Position numbers and translations under genes: made by a program
NCBI GenBank assembly: GCA_902635945.1
Contig: CACPPU010000001.1
Coordinates: 299,453-363,452 of the forward strand
DNA from: an uncultured Candidatus Actinomarina sp.
GTDB lineage: Bacteria; Actinomycetota; Acidimicrobiia; Actinomarinales; Actinomarinaceae
Length of the DNA: 64,000 nucleotides
Direction: 5' to 3'
In this document: positions 28,239-38,202 of the stretch, piece after piece
Layout of the letters: every line of letters begins with the position of its first letter
Numbering within the stretch: the stretch's first letter is position 1
The notes under the pieces: model-generated
The model's database searches: none
What the model saw: the letters and a program-made list of their open reading frames with translations, nothing else
Told to the model about the DNA's origin: nothing

Positions 28239-29494
28239 TTTGAATTGTTAAAGTTCTCGAATCCAATTGTCTCGGCAATTCTTAAAAGCTCATTATATTT
28301 TGCTGTTCGCTCTGATCGAGCTGGCGCACCAGTCTTAATCTGCCCACTAGAAGTTCCGACAACTAGATGACTAATAAAGGAATCCTCTGTTTCTCCAGAT
28401 CTGTGTGAAACCATACTTGAGTATGTGTTCTTGCTAGCTAACTCCATGGTGTTTAAAGTCTCAGTAATTGTTCCAACTTGGTTTACTTTAATTAAGATTG
28501 CATTTCCGCAATTTTCATCAATCCCTTTTTGAAGTACTTCTTCCTGCGTAACAAATAAATCATCGCCAACGAGTTGTGTGGAATCGTTTATTTTGGAAGT
28601 TAAGTATTTCCAACCCTCCCAATCATCTTCTGCGAGCCCGTCTTCAATTGATACTATTGGGTAAGAGTTAGTAAGTTCTACTAAATAATCAGACATCTCT
28701 GTGTTAGTCAAGCTGTTGCCTTCAATCATGTAAGCATTATCTTTATAAAACTCAGATGCAGCCGCATCTAACGCTAAAGAAATTTGGTCAGAAGGTTTGT
28801 AGCCAGCTTCTGCAATTGAAAGCATTATTTCATCTAAAACTTCTTTTGATGATGTAAAGTTTGGAGCGAAACCACCTTCATCTCCTACGTTTGTTGCTAA
28901 TCCTCTATCTTTTAATCTTTTCTTTAATGTGTGATAGACCTCAACACCAGCCTTTAACCCATCATCAAATCTTGTAAATCCGTGAGGAACAATCATAAAC
29001 TCTTGAATATCGACAGAGTTATCAGCATGAGCACCACCATTCAAAATATTCATAAAAGGTACAGGTAAAGACGGATCTCCATAAATGTTAGGAATAAGTT
29101 CATAAACATATTTTTTTTCTGATTTTGCATATGCAACCATATTTGCCATTGAAACAGCAAGTATTGCATTAGCCCCAAGTTTACTTTTGTTTTTTGTTCC
29201 ATCTAGTTCAAGTAGAATTTGATCAACTTTTGACTGATCGCCGGCGTCACTTCCAATTAGAGTGTCAGCTATCAAAGAATTTATATTTTCGACTGCTTTG
29301 TTGACACCTTTTCCGTTAAAGTCTTTTGATTCGTCTCTTAATTCATGAGCTTCTAAACTCCCCGTTGAAGCTCCTGAAGGAACAGCTGCACGGCCCCAGC
29401 TTCCATCATCAAGTGTAACTTCTACTTCAACAGTAGGATTAGCTCGAGAATCTAGGATATACCTAGCAAATATATGTGTAATTTTTTTATTCAT
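28226..29494 (-). CDS. eno: Enolase
   Basis: DSRANPTVEVE, VPSGASTG, GDEGGFAP, SHRSGETED and QIKTG motifs. Confidence 0.98.
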   Translation of the reverse strand: MNKKITHIFARYILDSRANPTVEVEVTLDDGSWGRAAVPSGASTGSLEAHELRDESKDFNGKGVNKAVENINSLIADTLIGSDAGDQSKVDQILLELDGTKNKSKLGANAILAVSMANMVAYAKSEKKYVYELIPNIYGDPSLPVPFMNILNGGAHADNSVDIQEFMIVPHGFTRFDDGLKAGVEVYHTLKKRLKDRGLATNVGDEGGFAPNFTSSKEVLDEIMLSIAEAGYKPSDQISLALDAAASEFYKDNAYMIEGNSLTNTEMSDYLVELTNSYPIVSIEDGLAEDDWEGWKYLTSKINDSTQLVGDDLFVTQEEVLQKGIDENCGNAILIKVNQVGTITETLNTMELASKNTYSSMVSHRSGETEDSFISHLVVGTSSGQIKTGAPARSERTAKYNELLRIAETIGFENFNNSKWQV

Positions 29495-29534
29495 AACCCT
29501 GTTACTTAAAATCTAGCACAAATTGTTTAATTTG

Positions 29535-30275
29535 TTACTTTTCTTCGGTTTTCTTAGCTTCTAACCATAATTTTTCTAAGTCAGAATCATCTTCAATATG
29601 TTTCTCAACATATTGCGCTCTATTAATAAATCTCTGGGTTGATTTATTTAGTTGTATTTCCGGATCAGCATCTAAATATCTGCATACATTAACAATGGCA
29701 AATAGAACATCCCCAATTTCACTTTTCCGTTCATCCAGATTTTCAGCTTCTTCTAGCTCTTTAACTTCAGAAAGTAAATCCTCGAGAGCTTCTTCATAGC
29801 TTGCATAAGAGAGGTTTAGTTTTTTTGCTTTTCTTTGCGTTTTAAAAGCTCTTGTTATTGATGGTAATTTACTATTTATATCATCAAATATTGAGTCGTC
29901 ACTATCTTTTTGTTTTAATGTCTCCCATTGTTTTTCTACTTCTTCAGCGCTATCGAGTTTTACATCACCAAAAACATGTGGGTGGCGTTCGATTAATTTT
30001 GCTTGAAGTGATTTTATTACATCAACTATTGCAAATTTATTATTTTCCTCAGCAATTTTTGAATGAAGTAAAATTTGGAGCAGCAGATCTCCCAATTCAT
30101 CTTTTACATGTTCATAATTTGAATCTTTTTCTTCAATGCTTGCAAGTGAGTCCAATAATTCATAAGCTTCCTCAATTAGGTGTCTTGATAATGATTCATG
30201 CGTTTGCTCCATATCCCAGGGACATTCTTCTCGGAGCTTTTTTACAATCTCTACAAGTTCATCAAACTCATTCAT
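29535..30275 (-). CDS. mazG: Nucleoside triphosphate pyrophosphohydrolase MazG
   Basis: CPWDMEQTH, EEAYE, ELGDLL, RHPHVF and a second EIGD repeat. Confidence 0.93.
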   Translation of the reverse strand: MNEFDELVEIVKKLREECPWDMEQTHESLSRHLIEEAYELLDSLASIEEKDSNYEHVKDELGDLLLQILLHSKIAEENNKFAIVDVIKSLQAKLIERHPHVFGDVKLDSAEEVEKQWETLKQKDSDDSIFDDINSKLPSITRAFKTQRKAKKLNLSYASYEEALEDLLSEVKELEEAENLDERKSEIGDVLFAIVNVCRYLDADPEIQLNKSTQRFINRAQYVEKHIEDDSDLEKLWLEAKKTEEK

Positions 30276-30277
30276 AA

Positions 30278-33200
30278 TTAAAGATTACTATTCAATATTC
30301 CATATACGCTGTCTGGTGTTAAGACATCCTTAAAGTTTAAAACTAAACGTTTATTTCTAAAGATAAACTTTTTATCTAATGTTTTAACCCTCAAATTTAC
30401 TTCTTCAGTCAAGTCAACTGGGAAAAGTTCAATCTGAGATTCTCTTATTTTGCACCTTAAAATGTTTTTTTCACTCAACACAGATCTTATCTTTGCAGTA
30501 ATGAACAAGTTATTAGATACCTCCGGAAGTTCACCAAATCTATCGATAATTTCATCCTTAATTTCATCAACTTTTGTATGGTGAGTGTGTTCGAGTCTTT
30601 TGTAAATGTCTATTCTTTCAGAGTCAGCATCTACATAGCTTTTTGGAATTGAAGAGCCCCAGAAACAATCTAATTTTATATCCGGCTTTATATCTGGCTT
30701 TATTGGCTCTATTGATTCATCTAAAGATTCTAAGACGTATTGGTTAAAAATATTTAGTCCGACATTTGCAATAAAACCTGATTGTATATCTCCTAAAATA
30801 CTTCCAGACCCTCTAAGTTGTAAATCTTTCATAGCTAATGAGTATCCAGTAGCCGTCTGGCCAATGGATTTAATTGCATCTAACCTTAACTCTGCATCTA
30901 CCCCTAAATTGCTTGAATGAAAGAAATAAGCAAAACTTTGATCTCCCCTTCTTCCTACCCTTCCTTTAAGTTGATAAAGCTGGGACATGCCTAGTAACTC
31001 TGACCTAAGAGTTATGAGAGTATTCACTTTTGGTAAATCAATTCCGGCTTCCACAATTGTGGTAGCAAACAACACATCTACTTTACGATCCCAAACGTCT
31101 TGCATTGTATTTTCTATTTGTTCTGCAGATAATTGGCCATGTAAAATTTTATGATTTAAGTTAGTAAATTGTTTTGAGATGATCTTCATCCATTCCTCAA
31201 GTTCACTAATTCTGTTGAGTACAAAGAAGACTTGACCTCCTCTTGAAATCTCTCTCTGAATAGCAAGAGCAATAGCCGACTCATCAACACTACCCACGTG
31301 AGTTAATGTTTCTAATCTGTTTTCTGGTGGAGTTTCAATTCTTGATGTTTCTCTAATTCCCATAAGAGATTGTTCAAGTGTTCTTGGAATTGGAGTTGCA
31401 GTTAATGTTAATTTGTGGACTTGAGTGGCTAAATTCTGAAGTCTATCTTTTGCTTCAACTCCAAATCTATGTTCTTCATCAATTACGATTAATTTTAAGT
31501 TATTGAATGTAACATCATCACTTAAAAGTCTATGCGTTCCTATGACTATATCCACCGTTCCATCGTTGACGCCTTTAATAATTTCTTTTAAGTCTTTCTT
31601 TTTTACAAATCTGCTTAAGTGTTTAATATTCAATGGATAATTTTCTAATCTATTTACAAAAGTTTCAATATGCTGTTGGACAAGAATTGTCGTTGGTGCA
31701 AGAACTGCAACTTGTCCTCCTGAAAAAGCTACTTTTACTGCTGCTCTAAGTGCAACTTCTGTCTTTCCATATCCAACATCTCCAAAAATTAATCTATCCA
31801 TTGGAGTATTTTTACTTAAGTCTTCTTTAACATCATTTATTGCTGTTAACTGATCGGGGGTTTCGACATATTCGAAATCGCTTTCTATCTCTGCCTGCCA
31901 TGGAGTATCCTCATCAATAATTAGGTTATTGTTTTCAATTTTTCTTAATTTGTAGAGATTCAAAACTCTATCAGCTATAACCTTTGCGTTTTGTCTAGCT
32001 TTTTCTTTAGCACGCTCCCACTCTCCGCCGCCTAATCTAGATAATCTTGGATTTTCGCCCCCTACATATACCTCAAGTTCATTAATTTGATCCGATGGAA
32101 CATATAGTCTGTCGGTTCCACCAAACTTAATTGATAAGTAATCTTTATCTACATCTTTAATTTTTTTAACTTCGGTTCCCTCATAGAGCCCTATGCCATG
32201 AAACTTGTGAACAACATAAGTATTTGGAACAAGGATTGATTCCTCATTTAATTTCCTATGTTTTACTTTTTTGTCTTTTTGTTTTCTATTAGTAAATAAT
32301 GACTCATCAATAACTGCAATACTCATTTCTTGAAACACTGCTGAGAAGGAGAAAGAATTCTCAACTAAATGTAAATTCTTTACTTTTGAAAACTTTTCTA
32401 TAATTTTTTCATTTCTGCTGGATAAATACACCTTTGATAACTCGTTAATATTTTCCAAAACTTTATCCGGACCTAAGCCATTTAAAAATTGTGGAATATT
32501 ACTGATGTTTTCTAAATCATTTGTGGAATAAAAAATTGTTTCATATCTATTGATTTCTAAAAATGCATCCACATATCTGGATTTCATTTTTGATACTTTT
32601 AAAGAAAAATACTTTTGTAAATTATTGAAACTATCCTCTTCAATCTTTTGAATTTCGCTTAAAGTTTCTTTACACGAATTAAAGTCGATTATATTAATGC
32701 TTACATCATCTGGTACAAAATCTAGTAAAGACTTGAAGTTTGTTAGATTTTGCGAAAACTGAAATAATTCGTATTCATCTAAGTCTTTATTTGATTCTAT
32801 TTCTAATGATTTGAAAATGTCTTCTTGCTTTGTTTGAAACAATTCAGACGAAGGGGTTATTAAAACCTTTATAATATTTTTTATTGATCTTTGGGTAATG
32901 AAATCAAATAATTTTAATTCGATTACTTCATCACCATTAAAAATAATTCTTGTTGGGTATTCACTGTTAAGAGGATAAATATCAATCTGCCCACCACGAA
33001 TAGAAAATGTTCCTCTAGATTCAACTCTGTCTTTGTTTACATATCCAAGGAAAGAGAGATTTTCTATTAAATTTTCAAAATCTACTTCTTGTCCAATCTG
33101 CACATCTATTACGTCTAAATCATTAATAAATATTTTTTGAGTAAAGGACTTCATACTCATTGCAATATCAAAAGAATCATTAACTAGCAGGCTATGAAGT

Positions 33201-33430
33201 GTTTGAAGTCTTTTTCCTTGAATCTCTAATGATGGCGTAAATGAGTCATAGGACAAAGTATCCCATGCTGGAAAATAAGAAGACTCAGGTACAAAATTAG
33301 AAAAATTATTATAAAATTCTAAAGTTTCTTTTTCTGTTGGAAAAATATAGATATTTTTTCTATCTCTTTTATTTAAATAAAAGAATGGTGCAAGCGATTC
33401 AGGGGAATAATTGAATGTTTCTACATTCAT
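30278..33430 (-). CDS. mfd: Transcription-repair coupling factor
   Basis: FSIRGG, VVHKFHGIG (RID), GDVGYGKTEVA, DEEH, TATPIPRT, QLKGRVGR and TRG motif DLQLRGSG. Confidence 0.96.
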   Translation of the reverse strand: MNVETFNYSPESLAPFFYLNKRDRKNIYIFPTEKETLEFYNNFSNFVPESSYFPAWDTLSYDSFTPSLEIQGKRLQTLHSLLVNDSFDIAMSMKSFTQKIFINDLDVIDVQIGQEVDFENLIENLSFLGYVNKDRVESRGTFSIRGGQIDIYPLNSEYPTRIIFNGDEVIELKLFDFITQRSIKNIIKVLITPSSELFQTKQEDIFKSLEIESNKDLDEYELFQFSQNLTNFKSLLDFVPDDVSINIIDFNSCKETLSEIQKIEEDSFNNLQKYFSLKVSKMKSRYVDAFLEINRYETIFYSTNDLENISNIPQFLNGLGPDKVLENINELSKVYLSSRNEKIIEKFSKVKNLHLVENSFSFSAVFQEMSIAVIDESLFTNRKQKDKKVKHRKLNEESILVPNTYVVHKFHGIGLYEGTEVKKIKDVDKDYLSIKFGGTDRLYVPSDQINELEVYVGGENPRLSRLGGGEWERAKEKARQNAKVIADRVLNLYKLRKIENNNLIIDEDTPWQAEIESDFEYVETPDQLTAINDVKEDLSKNTPMDRLIFGDVGYGKTEVALRAAVKVAFSGGQVAVLAPTTILVQQHIETFVNRLENYPLNIKHLSRFVKKKDLKEIIKGVNDGTVDIVIGTHRLLSDDVTFNNLKLIVIDEEHRFGVEAKDRLQNLATQVHKLTLTATPIPRTLEQSLMGIRETSRIETPPENRLETLTHVGSVDESAIALAIQREISRGGQVFFVLNRISELEEWMKIISKQFTNLNHKILHGQLSAEQIENTMQDVWDRKVDVLFATTIVEAGIDLPKVNTLITLRSELLGMSQLYQLKGRVGRRGDQSFAYFFHSSNLGVDAELRLDAIKSIGQTATGYSLAMKDLQLRGSGSILGDIQSGFIANVGLNIFNQYVLESLDESIEPIKPDIKPDIKLDCFWGSSIPKSYVDADSERIDIYKRLEHTHHTKVDEIKDEIIDRFGELPEVSNNLFITAKIRSVLSEKNILRCKIRESQIELFPVDLTEEVNLRVKTLDKKFIFRNKRLVLNFKDVLTPDSVYGILNSNL

Positions 33431-33433
33431 GGT

Positions 33434-34429
33434 TTAAATTTTTTTTAGATCTACGTAGCTCTCATCAATTAACCAATTGATAGTTTTCTTCATAAACATT
33501 TCCAAATCAATATAGTCTATATTTAATTTATCTTCAGCTTTGGAACCGTCATAAATATGTCCATGTGTTAAAACTCTTGCTGACTCACTACATATTAATG
33601 GAGTTGAATTAGACACAAGCTTATAAAGATCTCCAAGTGGCGCAATGATTTTCAAGCCTGATTTTGGAATATACATAGGCCTTCCTGACCATTCTGATAA
33701 AGATTTAAGCTTAGAGAGCAAATCTTCACTAGTTGTTTGAAAACTATTAAGAACATACCTCTCATTTGCTTCGCCATTTAACAGAGCTTGATAATGTCCA
33801 TCTGTGCAATCATCAATATCAACAATTGAAATATTATTTTTTATCAGAGGGGGGTATTTTTTGTTAAGCGTAGAAATTAATAATTTTGCTGTACCAGATA
33901 CACGACCTGGTCCTTGAACAGAGGATGGGTTAACAGACACAAACTCAAAGTCTTTGTCATAATCAAATGCGTCTTTTTCAGCTAAAAACTTTGACTCTTC
34001 ATATTTACTAAAAAAGTAGCCTCTGTGGTTGGATAACTCATTGCCAACAGTTCCCAATTCTTCTCCTAAAGTGACTGCAGATGATGTATAAATAAATTTT
34101 TTGATCTTTAATCTGTTACCAAGTTCAAGCATTTGTTTAGTTCCTTCTATATTTGCTTTAAACATTCCATCTGGATTTTTAGAACACATTTTATTAACTC
34201 CTGCAATATGGAAAATTGCATCTATGTTTTTGTCAGAGAGGTGATCGTAAGTTGAATCTGAAAAAAGATCTCCTTCAATCTTTGTTACACCAAGGTCTGA
34301 AAATAATTGATTATTGTTTTTTGATCTTGAAAGAGCAAAAACATTATGCCCTTGTTTAACTATTTTTCTTAAAAGTGGCTTACCAACGACTCCAGTGGAA
34401 CCTGTAATGAATATATTGTTATATTTCAT
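33434..34429 (-). CDS. NAD-dependent epimerase/dehydratase family protein
   Basis: ITGSTGVVG, YTSS and YEESK (YxxxK). Confidence 0.88.
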   Translation of the reverse strand: MKYNNIFITGSTGVVGKPLLRKIVKQGHNVFALSRSKNNNQLFSDLGVTKIEGDLFSDSTYDHLSDKNIDAIFHIAGVNKMCSKNPDGMFKANIEGTKQMLELGNRLKIKKFIYTSSAVTLGEELGTVGNELSNHRGYFFSKYEESKFLAEKDAFDYDKDFEFVSVNPSSVQGPGRVSGTAKLLISTLNKKYPPLIKNNISIVDIDDCTDGHYQALLNGEANERYVLNSFQTTSEDLLSKLKSLSEWSGRPMYIPKSGLKIIAPLGDLYKLVSNSTPLICSESARVLTHGHIYDGSKAEDKLNIDYIDLEMFMKKTINWLIDESYVDLKKI

Positions 34430-34968
34430 TTAGTTTGTTGGAGATAACCAGATAAGTATTGATAGCCAGAAATGTAGGAGAAAACTAATGCCAATAAAAC
34501 AATGAAATCAGCAAGGGTGAAACTTAAAAGAGTTATTGGAAAATCCATCATTACAAAACCAATAGCCCAAAACTGCAGGCTTGCTTTTGCTTTGCCCAAT
34601 TTACTTGGTGGAATCATTATTCCTTCATTTCCTGCAAGGCCTCTTAATCCAGTAATAATAAACTCTCTAACAATAAGTAAAACTGTAATCCAAATACTAA
34701 CTCTTTCAATATAAGTAAAACCAACAAATATAAAAGTTATAAAAATTTTATCTGCAATAGAATCTAAAAATGCTCCGGTCTTCGAAGATACATCCCATTT
34801 TCTTGCTAGTCGGCCATCAAAAAAGTCTGTCCAAGCAGCAATAAATGCAATGATTGCTGGAACTAACATTAACCCTTCATCGGTACCATCAAGTAATAAC
34901 AAATATAAAATAACTGGAGCAGAGAAGATACGAAATAAAGCTAATGAGTCTGGTATATATTTTTTCAT
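34426..34968 (-). CDS. pgsA: CDP-diacylglycerol--glycerol-3-phosphate 3-phosphatidyltransferase
   Basis: CDP-alcohol motif TDFFDGRLAR...GAFLDSIADK and REFIITGLR. Confidence 0.9.
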   Translation of the reverse strand: MKKYIPDSLALFRIFSAPVILYLLLLDGTDEGLMLVPAIIAFIAAWTDFFDGRLARKWDVSSKTGAFLDSIADKIFITFIFVGFTYIERVSIWITVLLIVREFIITGLRGLAGNEGIMIPPSKLGKAKASLQFWAIGFVMMDFPITLLSFTLADFIVLLALVFSYISGYQYLSGYLQQTK

Positions 34969-35606
34969 TAAATCACATCAATAATTCTGCGCTCAGAGGC
35001 TTCTTTGATGGCTAATTCTTTATCCTTTAAAAAGGTATTTAAAATATCTACTGAATCTTCTATCAAGAATTCAACCTCTTCCCTTTCATCATTATAAAAC
35101 TTTGATAATACAAAATCAGCTGGGTCAATTCCTTGAGGAGGTCTACCAACTCCTACTTTTAGTTTGTAATAATCTTCAGGATCTAAAACTCTATTTGTTG
35201 ATTTAATTCCATTATGACCACCATCAGAACTTCCTTTTTTAATTCTTAAACGTCCAAATGCAAGATCAATATCATCATGAACAACAAGCACCTCTGTGCT
35301 TTCTTTATTGTTATATTTAAAATAACTTTTTAATGCATTCCCAGAATTGTTCATTGAAACCATAGGTAGGATAATTTCAACATTGGAACCATTAATTTCA
35401 GCAGATGAAAAATTGTAAATACTATTTTTGTCGAGTTTGAATTCTAAATTGTTTTTCTTACAAAAACGAATAAGAATATCTGCACCTATATTATGTCGTG
35501 TCTTAGAATATTTATCTTGTGGATTCCAGAGACCAACAAATAAAGTTTTGTTATTCTCCAGATTCATCTGAGGACTCTTCCTCAACAGTCTCTTCAGAGG
35601 ATTCAC
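34968..35606 (-). CDS. pth: Peptidyl-tRNA hydrolase (start may be 35567)
   Basis: VGLWNP, TRHNIG, MNNSG, VHDDID, GGHNGIKS and GVGRP; follows rplY. Confidence 0.93.
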   Translation of the reverse strand: MNPLKRLLRKSPQMNLENNKTLFVGLWNPQDKYSKTRHNIGADILIRFCKKNNLEFKLDKNSIYNFSSAEINGSNVEIILPMVSMNNSGNALKSYFKYNNKESTEVLVVHDDIDLAFGRLRIKKGSSDGGHNGIKSTNRVLDPEDYYKLKVGVGRPPQGIDPADFVLSKFYNDEREEVEFLIEDSVDILNTFLKDKELAIKEASERRIIDVI

Positions 35607-36234
35607 CTTCGGCTCCCTCTTCGCCTTCTACTTCTTCGCCCTCTAGACCTTCAATATCTTCTTCTTCTTCAATTGCTGCTCTTGGTACAGTAATTGTTAT
35701 TAAAATTGAATCGTCTTCTGAATCTGCTAGCTCTACACCTTCAGGTAGCGAGACATCTCCAGCTGATAAATTGTCCCCAACGTTTAATTCAGAAATATCT
35801 AAATCAAGAGAAGTAGGAATGTTTGTAGGAAGTGCTGAAATGGTAATGGAAGAGTTGATTGTTTGAATAATTCCACCTTCTTCTTTAACTCCCATTGGTG
35901 TTCCTATAAAGTTAACTTGTACATCAGCGTCAACAGTCTTTGTAAGATCAATTTGAATGAAGTCAACATGTAAAAATTCATTACGATAAACATGTTTTTG
36001 TATTTCTCTTGCAAGCGCAGTGTATTTATCCTTACCAACTTCTAGGTTAAAAATTACGTTTGAACCTGCTTCAGTTTTTAGAGCATTTGTGAACTCTCTA
36101 GAATCTATCTCTACAGAAACTGGTTCCATTCCCAAACCATAGACAACTGCAGGAATACTACCTTCACCCCTGCTTCTCCTTGATTGAGCAGATCCAGTAT
36201 TATCTCTTACGGTTGCTTTTAAACTTGTTTCCAT
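35551..36234 (-). CDS. rplY: 50S ribosomal protein bL25/Ctc
   Basis: IPAVVYG, HVDF, GVKEEGG and an acidic C-terminal tail. Confidence 0.95.
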   Translation of the reverse strand: METSLKATVRDNTGSAQSRRSRGEGSIPAVVYGLGMEPVSVEIDSREFTNALKTEAGSNVIFNLEVGKDKYTALAREIQKHVYRNEFLHVDFIQIDLTKTVDADVQVNFIGTPMGVKEEGGIIQTINSSITISALPTNIPTSLDLDISELNVGDNLSAGDVSLPEGVELADSEDDSILITITVPRAAIEEEEDIEGLEGEEVEGEEGAEGESSEETVEEESSDESGE

Positions 36235-36291
36235 ATTTATCCTTACGAATTATATAGAGTAATAAATTTTATTTACTACTCAAAGCAGTAT

Positions 36292-37089
36292 TTATGCTTT
36301 TTCTGTTGCCTTTCGAGCTGATAAAACCGCAAAAGTTAAAGTTAAAGCAGCAAAAGAACCTGCTGCAACAAAACCTTTAAAAATCATGTCATTTATCCAA
36401 CCTTCAACCATTATTGCTCTCATCGCTTCAATGACATAAGTTGTTGGATTGTATGCAGAAGCTGTAGCTAACCATCCACGTAAAGCTTCCCTGGGGACAA
36501 AAGTTGGTGCTAGAAATAATGCAGGGAAAAATAAAAAAGATGCTGCCTGTGCACCTTGTGAAGATCCAGATCTAACACCTGCAGCAACTGAATATCCTGC
36601 AAAACCCATTCCCCACAAAAAAGCTATAGAGAGAACTATAAAGTATCCTATTGTGCCAACTGCTGGATCAGCACCAATAATTTTTCCAATTACCATTATT
36701 AAGCCGGCTTGAATCAATACTCGCATTGCACCAACAATCATAGGTGCAAGAATTATGGCCCATTTGGAGATTGGCATACTTTGATAACGCTTAAAAACCC
36801 CAGACTCAATATCTTCTACTAAATAAATTCCAGATGCACCACCGCTCACCGATGCTGAAACTATTGAAACAGGGAGTATAAAGTTAACAAAATTTCCATT
36901 AGCAAAATCAAAAGGAGTGCCTTGAGCAGATCCGCCAAAAACTCCACCTAGTGCACCATCATATACAAAAAGAAAAAAAGCAGAAATAAAAATATTAGGT
37001 AATTCAGCTAACGGTCTCCTAATAACTCTTAAAACAAGTCTCTTTGTTAATATTCGTAGTTGAGTAAGAAAAGAAATATTAGTTTTCAT
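36292..37089 (-). CDS. ABC-2 type exporter permease (DrrB-like)
   Basis: 6 TM helices and NPTTYVIEAMR; downstream of the ATPase. Confidence 0.88.
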   Translation of the reverse strand: MKTNISFLTQLRILTKRLVLRVIRRPLAELPNIFISAFFLFVYDGALGGVFGGSAQGTPFDFANGNFVNFILPVSIVSASVSGGASGIYLVEDIESGVFKRYQSMPISKWAIILAPMIVGAMRVLIQAGLIMVIGKIIGADPAVGTIGYFIVLSIAFLWGMGFAGYSVAAGVRSGSSQGAQAASFLFFPALFLAPTFVPREALRGWLATASAYNPTTYVIEAMRAIMVEGWINDMIFKGFVAAGSFAALTLTFAVLSARKATEKA

Positions 37090-37092
37090 AAC

Positions 37093-38070
37093 TTAATTTT
37101 CCTCTTGTTCGTTTGGTGATTGACTTACATCTTCTGAAGTTCCTTCAAGTCTATATCCTGTAACATTTAAAAAAACATCATCTAATGTTGGCTTGCTTGC
37201 AGCAACAGAACTGACATCAATATTATTCATTGTTAGTTCATTTATGTAAGAAGGAATCTTACTTGCACCGTCTTCAACAGTTATTCTCAATTCATTTTTT
37301 TCTTGTAAAGATTCTGGAAATAGTTCTTTCGCTAAAGTAACTTCTCTTTCTGAGTTGAAAGATAAGGTTATTACGTCACCACCAATACTTGCTTTTAGCT
37401 CATCTGAGGTGCCTTCAGCTACTACAAGTCCCTCGTCTATTATTGCAATTCTATCTGCTAGTTCATCAGCTTCTTCAAGATACTGAGTGGTCAAGATTAT
37501 AGTCACACCACTATCTCTTAACCTTTTAATTTCATCCCATAAAACTCTTCTAGATCCGGGATCTAAACCCGTTGTAGGCTCATCTAAAAATAAAACTTCT
37601 GGTGAATTGACTAAGCTCAGTCCTAAATCTAATCTTCGCTTCATACCACCTGAGTATGTTTTAACTCTTCTGTCAGCTGCTTCAGTTAAGCCAACAAGTT
37701 CAAGAAGTTCATTTGTTCTTGTTTCCGAATCTTTTTTAGAAAAACCCCATAGTCTCGCAGTAGTAAAAAATAATTCCCTGCCTGTAAGTAGATTATCGAT
37801 ACCAGTATCTTGAAGTGCAACACCAATTTTTTCTCTAACTAACTTATCGTCTTTAGTTACATCTAAATCAAGAATCTTGGCTTGTCCACCAGTAACCTGT
37901 AGAAGGGTTGTGAGCATTAAAATAGTTGTCGATTTACCAGCACCATTTGGACCAAGTAAGCCAAAAATTTCGCCTTTTTTAACCTCAAAACTAACATCTT
38001 TAACTGCCTCTACAGTGTCTTGTTTCGTTTTGAATGTTTTCTTAATATTTTTTACATCAACTGCTAACAT
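37093..38070 (-). CDS. ABC exporter ATP-binding protein (DrrA-like)
   Basis: GPNGAGKST, YSGGMKRRL, FLDEPTTGLDP, LTTQYLEEAD and PTLDDVF. Confidence 0.92.
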   Translation of the reverse strand: MLAVDVKNIKKTFKTKQDTVEAVKDVSFEVKKGEIFGLLGPNGAGKSTTILMLTTLLQVTGGQAKILDLDVTKDDKLVREKIGVALQDTGIDNLLTGRELFFTTARLWGFSKKDSETRTNELLELVGLTEAADRRVKTYSGGMKRRLDLGLSLVNSPEVLFLDEPTTGLDPGSRRVLWDEIKRLRDSGVTIILTTQYLEEADELADRIAIIDEGLVVAEGTSDELKASIGGDVITLSFNSEREVTLAKELFPESLQEKNELRITVEDGASKIPSYINELTMNNIDVSSVAASKPTLDDVFLNVTGYRLEGTSEDVSQSPNEQEEN

Positions 38071-38119
38071 AATGTACCTATAAGCCGAAATCTATGATAC
38101 TGGTATCAAAATTTTAAAT

Positions 38120-38192
38120 GGCCTCGTAGCTCAGGGGATAGAGCACAGGTTTCCTAAACCTGGTGTCGCAGGTTCGAATCCTGCCGAGGCCG
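38120..38192 (+). tRNA. tRNA-Arg (anticodon CCU)
   Basis: GGCCTCG/CGAGGCC acceptor, AGCTCAGGGGATAGAGC D-arm, CAGGT-TT-CCT-AA-ACCTG anticodon arm, GCAGGTTCGAATCCTGC T-arm. Confidence 0.97.
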
Positions 38193-38202
38193 CTCTATAA
38201 AG